DNA of 64,000 bases from Eledone cirrhosa. Lineage: Eukaryota. The notes beneath the pieces were generated by a model. That model was not told where the DNA came from, made no database searches, and worked only from the letters and a program-made list of their open reading frames with translations. The DNA lies in assembly GCA_964016885.1 (NCBI GenBank), contig OZ024765.1, positions 9,176,001-9,240,000 of the forward strand, read 5' to 3'. Below, piece by piece: positions 40,377-56,800 of this stretch (position 1 is the first letter of the stretch; every line of letters starts with the position of its first letter). A program made the position numbers and the translations under genes.

Positions 40377-43300
40377 AGATACAAGAACATAAGAAAAAAT
40401 TTATATTTATAAACCTACTTTCAATTTCCAAGCAAAATAGATGTGATGGCGTTCATGGCTTTCTCATTCTTATTTCTACTATAATCGAGTCAATGTTTAC
40501 ATTTATTCTTCTGGGGCTTTCATAAAATATATTTTCACTTTCATTCGGGTTCATTAGATCCTACAACCAGATGATCTACAGGGACCTTCTTCATGGTCAT
40601 AGCTGATTATTAAATATATACGGGAGAGTGTGTGTATCTATTAGATTAGATCTTGCCGTGATGTACTCAGCAATAATTGTTTTCAATTCCGTCGTCCCTC
40701 CATCCTTGGTGTGTATATAAATATATTTGCGATTTTAACGTACAACGGCGACAATATATAAATCTGTTTTGTTTGATAATAATTAGATAAAAATTATTGC
40801 TAGAGATTGATCCCTAATATTTTATCTCACTCCTTAACCAGGGAGGAAAGGCCCTCAGACTCGGACAATGTTGATAAGGAGAGCAGAGTGTATCCTTATT
40901 TGTCACGTCTTTCCAGTTGTCACGGTATATAAAAGGCAGTAGTACTAGTCACTCCTGCGAAAGACGTTGTCAGTTAGCCTTCTGTAACGAGAGAAGAAGG
41001 TCGTGGCTTTTTTTTTTCCTCCCTATCACATAATTTATACATTTGTCATCCTTTAGATATCAATATACAAGAGAAAGAAGAAAATTGAGAACTTCGGTCT
41101 TTTAAAAGTAACATTTATTACATTAGAGTAAAATCTTGCATTAACAATATTTTGTGAGACTAAACATGGAATGGACAAAGAGATTATTAGAAGAAGGGCA
41201 ATTGTCTCTATCTTAAACGTCAATACATTCTCCAGAAAATCGAAATGAGAATAATTACAGAGATACTTTACAAAATGTTTTGCGATATGGTTCAAGTTAT
41301 TTTGTAGTAATATGCAGCTATATTTATACATGTCTCTTATACCCCTCCACGAGGAATTGTGAATATGTATGAATATGATTTTAAAGATGGCTAAACATGT
41401 TGAAGAAAAAAAAGGAATTCAGATGATAGGAATAATAAAACATTCCTTTGCCAAGCTAAATGTCGAGAAGTCTAAAACACTAGTTGAATGATATGTGTGA
41501 TACGACCTAGAATATTGTTTTGGGGCATGGTCAGACGACTTCAGAAAATACGGAGAAGCTATTGAAGGAATCCAGAAAAGAACAAAACAGAAAACACCAG
41601 AATTATTAAGAAATCTGTCTTCTGAAGAAAGATGTTAAACTTTAGGGATTGCAAATTTAAAGGAGATAAATCTAAGAAGGTGGGGAGGGGGGGGGGGGGA
41701 CATGATAGAAATATATATTTAAAGGACTAATATTTAAATAGTAGTACACTATTCCAATGTAAAGCTCTGAATAACTATATCTTTCGGGGAGATATATCAA
41801 ACGAGTGACATGATAGAAATATTTAAAATAATGAAAAGACTACAATATACAGTATTGCAGAAGTAAATGAAAATATAAGAAGACATCACCATTGAACTGC
41901 AGATGAAAGTCAGTACTCTTTACATTTATCCCAGGTATATAGAAAGCTATCCTGATGTCCACTGATTGAAATATAAAACAATAAAGAAACACCACAATCC
42001 AGTAAACCTTAGTAATAATCCAATTAAGCCGCCATTTACAGTAGAAAATAGTAAGAAAAACAAAGTCACACTCAGAAGTTAATGCAGTGAAAACAATAAA
42101 AATATTATTAATAAATAATAATTTCATTTCATATTATCATTAAATTGTTTGTCTATTTTTATTGTAAACATAAAATATACTAATATATATATATACATCG
42201 ATACATTCTGTGAGTATGTCTTACTTAGGCAAAAGTCAAGTAATTTGCGGGGAGGAACCAATCCGTTAAATTGATCCCAGTACATGACTGGTACTATAAG
42301 TTATATGCTCCCAAATCATAAAAATTATGGGTTAATCTAAACACTGAGAACACAAAGGTGGAGTAAAATTATTTAAAAATTGAGGTTTTAACATTTTATC
42401 TTTTATTTACAAATTATATGTCTTGGTGTCATATTTAAGGATATAATGTAGTTATTGGTGGAAATAATATAATATGTGATGAAGAGGTGTATATAACTGT
42501 GGATATAGAATTGTTTTAATCATTATTTTTAACGGACGAAAAAACTACATAATGACTTCTAGTCGGAGTTACGGGAAATTACGGCAAAGACCCTCCATGA
42601 AGGTTCAAATATTACACATTATCTATATATAGGAATCAGGCTAAACAATTTACGGGCACGTCGCTCTAAGTTGGAATATTTTTCACACACACAGACACGG
42701 GAGTTAGGTATGGCATATTTCAAATAAGAGAACATTATTACAGACGGAGTCATTGTAGGTTCAAATCATTGTTAGACCGATCAGAAAGAAAATGGATATT
42801 TAATTCATGAAAAAACCTGAAGTGTGAAAGACAGAGTCGACCCTTTCTAGTAACAACACTAAGAAACCCATGAACGCCACCACGTCCTAAATCTAACTCT
42901 GCGATCGTCATATCAAATCGAAATACTTCACCAACTGTGGAAGATGAAGGATTGAAGAACTATGATATATAGCGAAGAGGCTTGTCTCCAGAACATTTAG
43001 TAAGGTGTAAGCCAAGGGTTGCCAAATATTTTGGCGTCATTTCCCACATTCACATGAAAAAATGTTCCACCAGCCACCTGTATAGTAAATATTCCAAAGT
43101 ATACCAAATATGTTTATGTTTGTTCCTGGTTTAATTTTCCCAATTAGCTTCCTGATTTTTATTCAGGTTCTTTGCATATATTCCTTGAATAGGTTTTCGG
43201 GTAGCATACCTTCTTAAATCTCAAAATTCTATATCGGCCACCAAAGTTTCCAATGGCCCTCAATTTTCTGTTCAGCTGCTCATCGCCCACCCAACAGTTG

Positions 43301-44160
43301 AAACCGCCCAGTTGAGGAACCCCTGTGGGTAAGCTACATATTAATCGAGAGGAGGAGGTGACTATTATAATTTTTATAAGTAATAATCTTTTAAAGACAA
43401 GAGGAAATTTCATCATTAAAATCATAAATATATGTCTACAGAATACAGATTATCAAAATGAAATTAAAAGCAAGTAAATCAGGGGCCACTAAACTTTACA
43501 TATTTAGTTTTATTTCTATCGTGAAAAATGTTGATCTTCAGATATTAGATTATGGCGGCTGTAATTGTCTTTGTGTTTACGTGTTTGTTTGAAATCCTAT
43601 TTTAATGTTCGTCTCTCTTTAAACATCGTTTATAGTTTGTTAAAATTAATTATTTTAGATTATTCGTACCTCGTCTGTGTGGTTTATTTTGATGTAGCGT
43701 CCCTGTCTTGTTTATTTTTGGTTACATTTTAAATGTGAAATACAGGAACATCAGACATTAAAATGAAATGTTACGTAAAACACACACCTTGTGTTTATTC
43801 CAGGTATTTAGATAGATGTCCAGATGTCCACTGACAACAAAATAATACAATCATCCAGTGAAACTTGGTAATAATCCAGGTTCGTTGCAGTCACCATTCA
43901 CAGTAAACAATGGTTAGAAAGAATCAAAAACAAAAACAAAAGACGTATTCAGCAGTTAATGAAGTGAAAACAAAATAAAAACAACTTTACTGAATAAAAT
44001 TCATTTCTTAATTTCAATAAGGTTTTTTGTTCTTTCTTTTATAAAAAAAATAAATTTTAATTAAAATATGTTGATTATAATATGGGACATTACTACAACG
44101 TACAGTATTATTAGTTCAAATCTTACTTAATAAAAGCAACAAATACGCAGTTATTAGTAT

Positions 44161-44872
44161 AAAACATAACGGAAATCGAACCCTAAATCAGGATCTCCAC
44201 CGTCTCTATCGCTTACCATTAGGCCACAGGGACGGTTACAAAAATATTTTGAAAATTAATATTTACTTACCTATACTAGAAAAAACCGGAAGTGGAGAAA
44301 ATTGAAAAACTTCTTCTTTTTCTTCCTCTGATTTTTGCCACGAACGATAACTCGTCTCTGACTTAAATCCAAATTTTGGATAAAAAAAAATCAGAGGAAG
44401 AAAAAGAAGATGTTTTTCAATTTTCTCCACTTCCGGTTTTTTCTAGTAATGAAAAAGTAGGTTTATAAATATTAATTTTCAGTAAGTTTCTGTAACCGTC
44501 CCTTTAGCTTAGTGGTAAGTATAAGAGCCGGTGGAGGTCCAGGTCCGGGGTTCAATCACTGGCAGTGTGTCGTATTATATTTTTTATAGTATGAAACAAA
44601 AGTATAAAACAAAAATAAAAAAGTAACTTTATAAATATTAATTTTCACACTGTTTTTATATCTGTCTCCGTGGCCTAATGGTAGGTATTAGAGACGGTGG
44701 AGAACCTGCTCTGAGTTTCGATCTCAGTCAAAGTCTATAGGTAATAATTTCATTTTTTACTTTGCTAGAGAAAAATTTAAATTTTAAAATATATAGTACA
44801 GATTCGGACTGAGATTGAACACCACATCAGTGTCTACATAGTCTCTAACACCTACCATTAGGCCAACGAAAC
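44161..44872. ncRNA. Cluster of tRNA-like units a-d (array unit 5)
   Basis: Same sequence and arrangement as unit 1. Confidence 0.5.
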
Positions 44873-47800
44873 AGATACAAGAACATAAGAAAAAATTTAT
44901 ATTTATAAACCTACTTTCAATTTCCAAGCAAAATAGATGTGATGGCGTTCATGGCTTTCTCATTCTTATTTCTACTATAATCGAGTCAATGTTTACATTT
45001 ATTCTTCTGGGGCTTTCATAAAATATATTTTCACTTTCATTCGGGTTCATTAGATCCTACAACCAGATGATCTACAGGGACCTTCTTCATGGTCATAGCT
45101 GATTATTAAATATATACGGGAGAGTGTGTGTATCTATTAGATTAGATCTTGCCGTGATGTACTCAGCAATAATTGTTTTCAATTCCGTCGTCCCTCCATC
45201 CTTGGTGTGTATATAAATATATTTGCGATTTTAACGTACAACGGCGACAATATATAAATCTGTTTTGTTTGATAATAATTAGATAAAAATTATTGCTAGA
45301 GATTGATCCCTAATATTTTATCTCACTCCTTAACCAGGGAGGAAAGGCCCTCAGACTCGGACAATGTTGATAAGGAGAGCAGAGTGTATCCTTATTTGTC
45401 ACGTCTTTCCAGTTGTCACGGTATATAAAAGGCAGTAGTACTAGTCACTCCTGCGAAAGACGTTGTCAGTTAGCCTTCTGTAACGAGAGAAGAAGGTCGT
45501 GGCTTTTTTTTTTCCTCCCTATCACATAATTTATACATTTGTCATCCTTTAGATATCAATATACAAGAGAAAGAAGAAAATTGAGAACTTCGGTCTTTTA
45601 AAAGTAACATTTATTACATTAGAGTAAAATCTTGCATTAACAATATTTTGTGAGACTAAACATGGAATGGACAAAGAGATTATTAGAAGAAGGGCAATTG
45701 TCTCTATCTTAAACGTCAATACATTCTCCAGAAAATCGAAATGAGAATAATTACAGAGATACTTTACAAAATGTTTTGCGATATGGTTCAAGTTATTTTG
45801 TAGTAATATGCAGCTATATTTATACATGTCTCTTATACCCCTCCACGAGGAATTGTGAATATGTATGAATATGATTTTAAAGATGGCTAAACATGTTGAA
45901 GAAAAAAAAGGAATTCAGATGATAGGAATAATAAAACATTCCTTTGCCAAGCTAAATGTCGAGAAGTCTAAAACACTAGTTGAATGATATGTGTGATACG
46001 ACCTAGAATATTGTTTTGGGGCATGGTCAGACGACTTCAGAAAATACGGAGAAGCTATTGAAGGAATCCAGAAAAGAACAAAACAGAAAACACCAGAATT
46101 ATTAAGAAATCTGTCTTCTGAAGAAAGATGTTAAACTTTAGGGATTGCAAATTTAAAGGAGATAAATCTAAGAAGGTGGGGAGGGGGGGGGGGGGGACAT
46201 GATAGAAATATATATTTAAAGGACTAATATTTAAATAGTAGTACACTATTCCAATGTAAAGCTCTGAATAACTATATCTTTCGGGGAGATATATCAAACG
46301 AGTGACATGATAGAAATATTTAAAATAATGAAAAGACTACAATATACAGTATTGCAGAAGTAAATGAAAATATAAGAAGACATCACCATTGAACTGCAGA
46401 TGAAAGTCAGTACTCTTTACGTTTATCCCAGGTATATAGAAAGCTATCCTGATGTCCACTGATTGAAATATAAAACAATAAAGAAACACCACAATCCAGT
46501 AAACCTTAGTAATAATCCAATTAAGCCGCCATTTACAGTAGAAAATAGTAAGAAAAACAAAGTCACACTCAGAAGTTAATGCAGTGAAAACAATAAAAAT
46601 ATTATTAATAAATAATAATAATTTCATTTCATATTATCATTAAATTGTTTGTCTATTTTTATTGTAAACATAAAATATACTAATATATATATATATACAT
46701 TCATACATATACATCGATACATTCTGTGAGTATGTCTTACTTAGGCAAAAGTCAAGTAATTTGCGGGGAGGAACCAATCCGTTAAATTGATCCCAGTACA
46801 TGACTGGTACTATAAGTTATATGCTCCCAAATCATAAAAATTATGGGTTAATCTAAACACTGAGAACACAAAGGTGGAGTAAAATTATTTAAAAATTGAG
46901 GTTTTAATATTTTATCTTTTATTTACAAATTATATGTCTTGGTGTCATATTTAAGGATATAATGTAGTTATTGGTGGAAATAATATAATATGTGATGAAG
47001 AGGTGTATATAACTGTGGATATAGAATTGTTTTAATCATTATTTTTAACGGACGAAAAAACTACATAATGACTTCTAGTCGGAATTACGGCAAAGACCCT
47101 CCATGAAGGTTCAAATATTACACATTATCTATATATAGGAATCAGGCTAAACAATTTACGGGCACGTCGCTCTAAGTTGGAATATTTTTCACACACACAG
47201 ACACGGGAGTTAGGTATGGCATATTTCAAATAAGAGAACATTATTACAGACGGAGTCATTGTAGGTTCAAATCATTGTTAGACCGATCAGAAAGAAAATG
47301 GATATTTAATTCATGAAAAAACCTGAAGTGTGAAAGACAGAGTCGACCCTTTCTAGTAACAACACTAAGAAACCCATGAACGCCACCACGTCCTAAATCT
47401 AACTCTGCGATCGTCATATCAAATCGAAATACTTCACCAACTGTGGAAGATGAAGGATTGAAGAACTATGATATATAGCGAAGAGGCTTGTCTCCAGAAC
47501 ATTTAGTAAGGTGTAAGCCAAGGGTTGCCAAATATTTTGGCGTCATTTCCCACATTCACATGAAAAAATGTTCCACCAGCCACCTGTATAGTAAATATTC
47601 CAAAGTATACCAAATATGTTTATGTTTGTTCCTGGTTTAATTTTCCCAATTAGCTTCCTGATTTTTATTCAGGTTCTTTGCATATATTCCTTGAATAGGT
47701 TTTCGGGTAGCATACCTTCTTAAATCTCAAAATTCTATATCGGCCACCAAAGTTTCCAATGGCCCTCAATTTTCTGTTCAGCTGCTCATCGCCCACCCAA

Positions 47801-48671
47801 CAGTTGAAACCGCCCAGTTGAGGAACCCCTGTGGGTAAGCTACATATTAATCGAGAGGAGGAGGTGACTATTATAATTTTTATAAGTAATAATCTTTTAA
47901 AGACAAGAGGAAATTTCATCATTAAAATCATAAATATATGTCTACAGAATACAATACAGATTATCAAAATGAAATTAAAAGCAAGTAAATCAGGGGCCAC
48001 TAAACTTTACATATTTAGTTTTATTTCTATCGTGAAAAATGTTGATCTTCAGATATTAGATTATGGCGGCTGTAATTGTCTTTGTGTTTACGTGTTTGTT
48101 TGAAATCCTATTTTAATGTTCGTCTCTCTTTAAACATCGTTTATAGTTTGTTAAAATTAATTATTTTAGATTATTCGTACCTCGTCTGTGTGGTTTATTT
48201 TGATGTAGCGTCCCTGTCTTGTTTATTTTTGGTTACATTTTAAATGTGAAATACAGGAACATCAGACATTAAAATGAAATGTTACGTAAAACACACACCT
48301 TGTGTTTATTCCAGGTATTTAGATAGATGTCCAGATGTCCACTGACAACAAAATAATACAATCATCCAGTGAAACTTGGTAATAATCCAGGTTCGTTGCA
48401 GTCACCATTCACAGTAAACAATGGTTAGAAAGAATCAAAAACAAAAACAAAAGACGTATTCAGCAGTTAATGAAGTGAAAACAAAATAAAAACAACTTTA
48501 CTGAATAAAATTCATTTCTTAATTTCAATAAGGTTTTTTGTTCTTTCTTTTATAAAAAAAATAAATTTTAATTAAAATATGTTGATTATAATATGGGACA
48601 TTACTACAACGTACAGTATTATTAGTTCAAATCTTACTTAATAAAAGCAACAAATACGCAGTTATTAGTAT

Positions 48672-49370
48672 AAAACATAACGGAAATCGAACCCTAAATC
48701 AGGATCTCCACCGTCTCTATCGCTTACCATTAGGCCACAGGGACGGTTACAAAAATATTTTGAAAATTAATATTTACTTACCTATACTAGAAAAAACCGG
48801 AAGTGGAGAAAATTGAAAAACTTCTTCTTTTTCTTCCTCTGATTTTTGCCACGAACGATAACTCGTCTCTGACTTAAATCCAAATTTTGGATAAAAAAAA
48901 ATCAGAGGAAGAGAAAGAAGATGTTTTTCAATTTTCTCCACTTCCGGTTTTTTCTAGTAATGAAAAAGTAGGTTTATAAATATTAATTTTCAGTAAGTTT
49001 CTGTAACCGTCCCTTTAGCTTAGTGGTAAGTATAAGAGCCGGTGGAGGTCCAGGTCCGGGGTTCAATCACTGGCAGTGTGTCGTATTATATTTTTTATAG
49101 TATAAAACAAAAATAAAAAAGTAACTTTATAAATATTAATTTTCACACTGTTTTTATATCTGTCTCCGTGGCCTAATGGTAGGTATTAGAGACGGTGGAG
49201 AACCTGCTCTGAGTTTCGATCTCAGTCAAAGTCTATAGGTAATAATTTCATTTTTTACTTTGCTAGAGAAAAATTTAAATTTTAAAATATATAGTACAGA
49301 TTCGGACTGAGATTGAACACCACATCAGTGTCTACATAGTCTCTAACACCTACCATTAGGCCAACGAAAC
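48672..49370. ncRNA. Cluster of tRNA-like units a-d (array unit 6)
   Basis: Same sequence and arrangement as unit 1. Confidence 0.5.
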
Positions 49371-52300
49371 AGATACAAGAACATAAGAAAAAATTTATAT
49401 TTATAAACCTACTTTCAATTTCCAAGCAAAATAGATGTGATGGCGTTCATGGCTTTCTCATTCTTATTTCTACTATAATCGAGTCAATGTTTACATTTAT
49501 TCTTCTGGGGCTTTCATAAAATATATTTTCACTTTCATTCGGGTTCATTAGATCCTACAACCAGATGATCTACAGGGACCTTCTTCATGGTCATAGCTGA
49601 TTATTAAATATATACGGGAGAGTGTGTGTATCTATTAGATTAGATCTTGCCGTGATGTACTCAGCAATAATTGTTTTCAATTCCGTCGTCCCTCCATCCT
49701 TGGTGTGTATATAAATATATTTGCGATTTTAACGTACAACGGCGACAATATATAAATCTGTTTTGTTTGATAATAATTAGATAAAAATTATTGCTAGAGA
49801 TTGATCCCTAATATTTTATCTCACTCCTTAACCAGGGAGGAAAGGCCCTCAGACTCGGACAATGTTGATAAGGAGAGCAGAGTGTATCCTTATTTGTCAC
49901 GTCTTTCCAGTTGTCACGGTATATAAAAGGCAGTAGTACTAGTCACTCCTGCGAAAGACGTTGTCAGTTAGCCTTCTGTAACGAGAGAAGAAGGTCGTGG
50001 CTTTTTTTTTTCCTCCCTATCACATAATTTATACATTTGTCATCCTTTAGATATCAATATACAAGAGAAAGAAGAAAATTGAGAACTTCGGTCTTTTAAA
50101 AGTAACATTTATTACATTAGAGTAAAATCTTGCATTAACAATATTTTGTGAGACTAAACATGGAATGGACAAAGAGATTATTAGAAGAAGGGCAATTGTC
50201 TCTATCTTAAACGTCAATACATTCTCCAGAAAATCGAAATGAGAATAATTACAGAGATACTTTACAAAATGTTTTGCGATATGGTTCAAGTTATTTTGTA
50301 GTAATATGCAGCTATATTTATACATGTCTCTTATACCCCTCCACGAGGAATTGTGAATATGTATGAATATGATTTTAAAGATGGCTAAACATGTTGAAGA
50401 AAAAAAAGGAATTCAGATGATAGGAATAATAAAACATTCCTTTGCCAAGCTAAATGTCGAGAAGTCTAAAACACTAGTTGAATGATATGTGTGATACGAC
50501 CTAGAATATTGTTTTGGGGCATGGTCAGACGACTTCAGAAAATACGGAGAAGCTATTGAAGGAATCCAGAAAAGAACAAAACAGAAAACACCAGAATTAT
50601 TAAGAAATCTGTCTTCTGAAGAAAGATGTTAAACTTTAGGGATTGCAAATTTAAAGGAGATAAATCTAAGAAGGTGGGGAGGGGGGGGGGACATGATAGA
50701 AATATATATTTAAAGGACTAATATTTAAATAGTAGTACACTATTCCAATGTAAAGCTCTGAATAACTATATCTTTCGGGGAGATATATCAAACGAGTGAC
50801 ATGATAGAAATATTTAAAATAATGAAAAGACTACAATATACAGTATTGCAGAAGTAAATGAAAATATAAGAAGACATCACCATTGAACTGCAGATGAAAG
50901 TCAGTACTCTTTACATTTATCCCAGGTATATAGAAAGCTATCCTGATGTCCACTGATTGAAATATAAAACAATAAAGAAACACCACAATCCAGTAAACCT
51001 TAGTAATAATCCAATTAAGCCGCCATTTACAGTAGAAAATAGTAAGAAAACCAAAGTCACACTCAGAAGTTAATGCAGTGAAAACAATAAAAATATTATT
51101 AATAAATAATAATAATTTCATTTCATATTATCATTAAATTGTTTGTCTATTTTTATTGTAAACATAAAATATACTAATATATATATATACATCGATACAT
51201 TCTGTGAGTATGTCTTACTTAGGCAAAAGTCAAGTAATTTGCGGGGAGGAACCAATCCGTTAAATTGATCCCAGTACATGACTGGTACTATAAGTTATAT
51301 GCTCCCAAATCATAAAAATTATGGGTTAATCTAAACACTGAGAACACAAAGGTGGAGTAAAATTATTTAAAAATTGAGGTTTTAACATTTTATCTTTTAT
51401 TTACAAATTATATGTCTTGGTGTCATATTTAAGGATATAATGTAGTTATTGGTGGAAATAATATAATATGTGATGAAGAGGTGTATATAACTGTGGATAT
51501 AGAATTGTTTTAATCATTATTTTTAACGGACGAAAAAACTACATAATGACTTCTAGTCGGAGTTACGGGAAATTACGGCAAAGACCCTCCATGAAGGTTC
51601 AAATATTACACATTATCTATATATAGGAATCAGGCTAAACAATTTACGGGCACGTCGCTCTAAGTTGGAATATTTTTCACACACACAGACACGGGAGTTA
51701 GGTATGGCATATTTCAAATAAGAGAACATTATTACAGACGGAGTCATTGTAGGTTCAAATCATTGTTAGACCGATCAGAAAGAAAATGGATATTTAATTC
51801 ATGAAAAAACCTGAAGTGTGAAAGACAGAGTCGACCCTTTCTAGTAACAACACTAAGAAACCCATGAACGCCACCACGTCCTAAATCTAACTCTGCGATC
51901 GTCATATCAAATCGAAATACTTCACCAACTGTGGAAGATGAAGGATTGAAGAACTATGATATATAGCTAAGAGGCTTGTCTCCAGAACATTTAGTAAGGT
52001 GTAAGCCAAGGGTTGCCAAATATTTTGGCGTCATTTCCCACATTCACATGAAAAAATGTTCCACCAGCCACCTGTATAGTAAATATTCCAAAGTATACCA
52101 AATATGTTTATGTTTGTTCCTGGTTTAATTTTCCCAATTAGCTTCCTGATTTTTATTCAGGTTCTTTGCATATATTCCTTGAATAGGTTTTCGGGTAGCA
52201 TACCTTCTTAAATCTCAAAATTCTATATCGGCCACCAAAGTTTCCAATGGCCCTCAATTTTCTGTTCAGCTGCTCATCGCCCACCCAACAGTTGAAACCG

Positions 52301-53156
52301 CCCAGTTGAGGAACCCCTGTGGGTAAGCTACATATTAATCGAGAGGAGGAGGTGACTATTATAATTTTTATAAGTAATAATCTTTTAAAGACAAGAGGAA
52401 ATTTCATCATTAAAATCATAAATATATGTCTACAGAATACAATACAGATTATCAAAATGAAATTAAAAGCAAGTAAATCAGGGGCCACTAAACTTTACAT
52501 ATTTAGTTTTATTTCTATCGTGAAAAATGTTGATCTTCAGATATTAGATTATGGCGGCTGTAATTGTCTTTGTGTTTACGTGTTTGTTTGAAATCCTATT
52601 TTAATGTTCGTCTCTCTTTAAACATCGTTTATAGTTTGTTAAAATTAATTTTAGATTATTCGTACCTCGTCTGTGTGGTTTATTTTGATGTAGCGTCCCT
52701 GTCTTGTTTATTTTTGGTTACATTTTAAATGTGAAATACAGGAACATCAAACATTAAAATGAAATGTTACGTAAAACACACACCTTGTGTTTATTCCAGG
52801 TATTTAGATAGATGTCCAGATGTCCACTGACAACAAAATAATACAATCATCCAGTGAAACTTGGTAATAATCCAGGTTCGTTGCAGTCACCATTCACAGT
52901 AAACAATGGTTAGAAAGAATCAAAAACAAAAACAAAAGACGTATTCAGCAGTTAATGAAGTGAAAACAAAATAAAAACAACTTTACTGAATAAAATTCAT
53001 TTCTTAATTTCAATAAGGTTTTTTGTTCTTTCTTTTATAAAAAAAAAAAATGTTAATTAAAATATGTTGAATATAATATGGGACATTACTACAAAGTACA
53101 GCATTATTAGTTCAAATCTTACTTAATAAAAGAAACAAATACGCAGTTATTAGTAT

Positions 53157-53868
53157 AAAACCTAACGGAAATCGAACCCTAAATCAGGATCTCCACCGTC
53201 TCTAGTGCTTACCATTAGGCCACAGGGACGGTTACAAACATTTTTTGAAAATTAATATTTACTTACCTATACTAGAAAAAACCGGAAGTGGAGAAAATTG
53301 AAAAACTTCTTCTTTTTCTTCCTCTGATTTTTGCCACGAACGATAACTCGTCTCTGACTTAAATCCAAATTTTGGATAAAAAAAAATCAGAGGAAGAAAA
53401 AGAAGATGTTTTTCAATTTTCTCCACTTCCGGTTTTTTCTAGTAATGAAAAAGTAGGTTTATAAATATTAATTTTCAGTAAGTTTCTGTAACCGTCCCTT
53501 TAGCTTAGTGGTAAGTATAAGAGCCGGTGGAGGTCCAGGTCCGGGGTTCAATCATTGGCAGTGTGTCGTATTATATTTTTTATAGTATGAAACAAAAGTA
53601 TAAAACAAAAATAAAAAAGTAACTTTATAAATATTAATTTTCACACTGTTTTTATATCTCTCTCCGTGGCCTAATGGTAGGTATTAGAGACGGTGGAGAA
53701 CCTGCTCTGAGGTTCGATCTCAGTCAAAGTCTATAGGTAATAATTTCATTTTTTACTTTGCTAGAGAAAAATTTAAATTTTAAAATATATAGTACAGATT
53801 CGGACTGAGATTGAACACCACATCAGTGTCTACATAGTCTCTAACACCTACCATTAGGCCAACGAAAC
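53157..53868. ncRNA. Cluster of tRNA-like units a-d (array unit 7)
   Basis: Same as unit 1, except copy c has GAGGTTCGATCTC, which is closer to the B-box consensus. Confidence 0.5.
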
Positions 53869-56800
53869 AGATACAAGAACATAAGAAAAAATTTATATTT
53901 ATAAACCTACTTTCAATTTCCAAGCAAAATAGATGTGATGGCGTTCATGGCTTTCTCATTCTTATTTCTACTATAATCGAGTCAATGTTTACATTTATTC
54001 TTCTGGGGCTTTCATAGAATATATTTTCACTTTCATTCGGGTTCATTAGATCCTACAACCAGATGATCTACAGGGACCTTCTTCATGGTCATAGCTGATT
54101 ATTAAATATATACGGGAGAGTGTGTGTATCTATTAGATTAGATCTTGCCGTGATGTACTCAGCAATAATTGTTTTCAATTCCGTCGTCCCTCCATCCTTG
54201 GTGTGTATATAAATATATTTGCGATTTTAACGTACAACGGCGACAATATATAAATCTGTTTTGTTTGATAATAATTAGATAAAAATTATTGCTAGAGATT
54301 GATCCCTAATATTTTATCTCACTCCTTAACCAGGGAGGAAAGGTCCTCAGACTCGGACAATGTTGATAAGGAGAGCAGAGTGTATCCTTATTTGTCAAGT
54401 CTTTCCAGTTGTCACGGTATATAAAAGGCAGTAGTACTAGTCACTCCTGCGAAAGACGTTGTCAGTTAGCCTTCTGTAACGAGAGAAGAAGGTCGTGGCT
54501 TTTTTTTTTCCTCCCTGTCACATAATTTATACATTTGTCATCCTTTAGATATCAATATACAAGAGAAAGAAGAAAATTGAGAACTTCGGTCTTTTAAAAG
54601 TAACATTTATTACATTAGAGTAAAATCTTGCATTAACAATATTTTGTGAGACTAAACATGGAATGGACAAAGAGGTTATTAGAAGAAGGGCAATTGTCTC
54701 TATCTTAAACGTCAATACATTCTCCAGAAAATCGAAATGAGAATAATTACAGAGATACTTTACAAAATGTTTCGCGATATGGTTCAAGTTATTTTGTAGT
54801 AATATGCAGCTATATTTATACATGTCTCTTATACCCCTCCACGAGGAATTGTGAATATGTATGAATATGATTTTAAAGATGGCTAAACATGAAGAAAAAA
54901 AAGGAATTCAGATGATAGGAATAATAAAATATTCCTTTGCCAAGCTAAATGTCGAGAAGTCTAAAACACTAGTTGAATGATATGTGTGATACGACCTAGA
55001 ATATTGTTTTGGGGCATGGTCAGACGACTTCAGAAAATACGGAGAAGCTATTGAAGGAATCCAGAAAAGAACAAAACGGAAAACACCAGAATTATTAAGA
55101 AATCTGTCTTCTGTAGAAAGATGTTAAACTTTAGGGATTGCAAATTTAGAGGAGATAAATCTAAGAGGGTAGGGGGGGGGGGGGGACATGATAGAAATAT
55201 ATATTTAAAGGACTAATATTTAAATAGTAGTACACTATTCCAATGTAAAGCTCTGAATAACTATATCTTTCGGGGAGATATATCAAACGAGTGACATGAT
55301 AGAAATATTTAAAATAATGAAAAGACTACAGTATTGCAGAAGTAAATGAAAATATAAGAAGACATCACCATTGAACTGCAGATGAAAGTCAGTACTCTTT
55401 ACGTTTATCCCAGGTATATAGAAAGCTATCCTGATGTCCACTGATTGAAATATAAAACAATAAAGAAACACCACAATCCAGTAAACCTTAGTAATAATCC
55501 AATTAAGCCGCCATTTACAGTAGAAAATAGTAAGAAAACCAAAGTCACACTCAGAAGTTAATGCAGTGAAAACAATAAAAATATTATTAATAAATAATAA
55601 TAATTTCATTTCATATTATCATTAAATTGTTTGTCTATTTTTATTGTAAACATAAAATATACTAATATATATATATACATCGATACATTCTGTGAGTATG
55701 TCTTACTTAGGCAAAAGTCAAGTAATTTGCGGGGAGGAACCAATCCGTTAAATTGATCCCAGTACATGACTGGTACTATAAGTTATATGCTCCCAAATCA
55801 TAAAAATTATGGGTTAATCTAAACACTGAGAACACAAAGGTGGAGTAAAATTATTTAAAAATTGAGGTTTTAACATTTTATCTTTTATTTACAAATTATA
55901 TGTCTTGGTGTCATATTTAAGGATATAATGTAGTTATTGGTGGAAATAATATAATATGTGATGAAGAGGTGTATATAACTGTGGATATAGAATTGTTTTA
56001 ATCATTATTTTTAACGGACGAAAAAACTACATAATGACTTCTAGTCGGAGTTACGGGAAATTACGGCAAAGACCCTCCATGAAGGTTCAAATATTACACA
56101 TTATCTATATATAGGAATCAGGCTAAACAATTTACGGGCACGTCGCTCTAAGTTGGAATATTTTTCACACACACAGACACGGGAGTTAGGTATGGCATAT
56201 TTCAAATAAGAGAACATTATTACAGACGGAGTCATTGTAGGTTCAAATCATTGTTAGACCGATCAGAAAGAAAATGGATATTTAATTCATGAAAAAACCT
56301 GAAGTGTGAAAGACAGAGTCGACCCTTTCTAGTAACAACACTAAGAAACCCATGAACGCCACCACGTCCTAAATCTAACTCTGCGATCGTCATATCAAAT
56401 CGAAATACTTCACCAACTGTGGAAGATGAAGGATTGAAGAACTATGATATATAGCGAAGAGGCTTGTCTCCAGAACATTTAGTAAGGTGTAAGCCAAGGG
56501 TTGCCAAATATTTTGGCGTCATTTCCCACATTCACATGAAAAAATGTTCCACCAGCCACCTGTATAGTAAATATTCCAAAGTATACCAAATATGTTTATG
56601 TTTGTTCCTGGTTTAATTTTCCCAATTAGCTTCCTGATTTTTATTCAGGTTCTTTGCATATATTCCTTGAATAGGTTTTCGGGTAGCATACCTTCTTAAA
56701 TCTCAAAATTCTATATCGGCCACCAAAGTTTCCAATGGCCCTCAATTTTCTGTTCAGCTGCTTATCGCCCACCCAACAGTTGAAACCGCCCAGTTGAGGA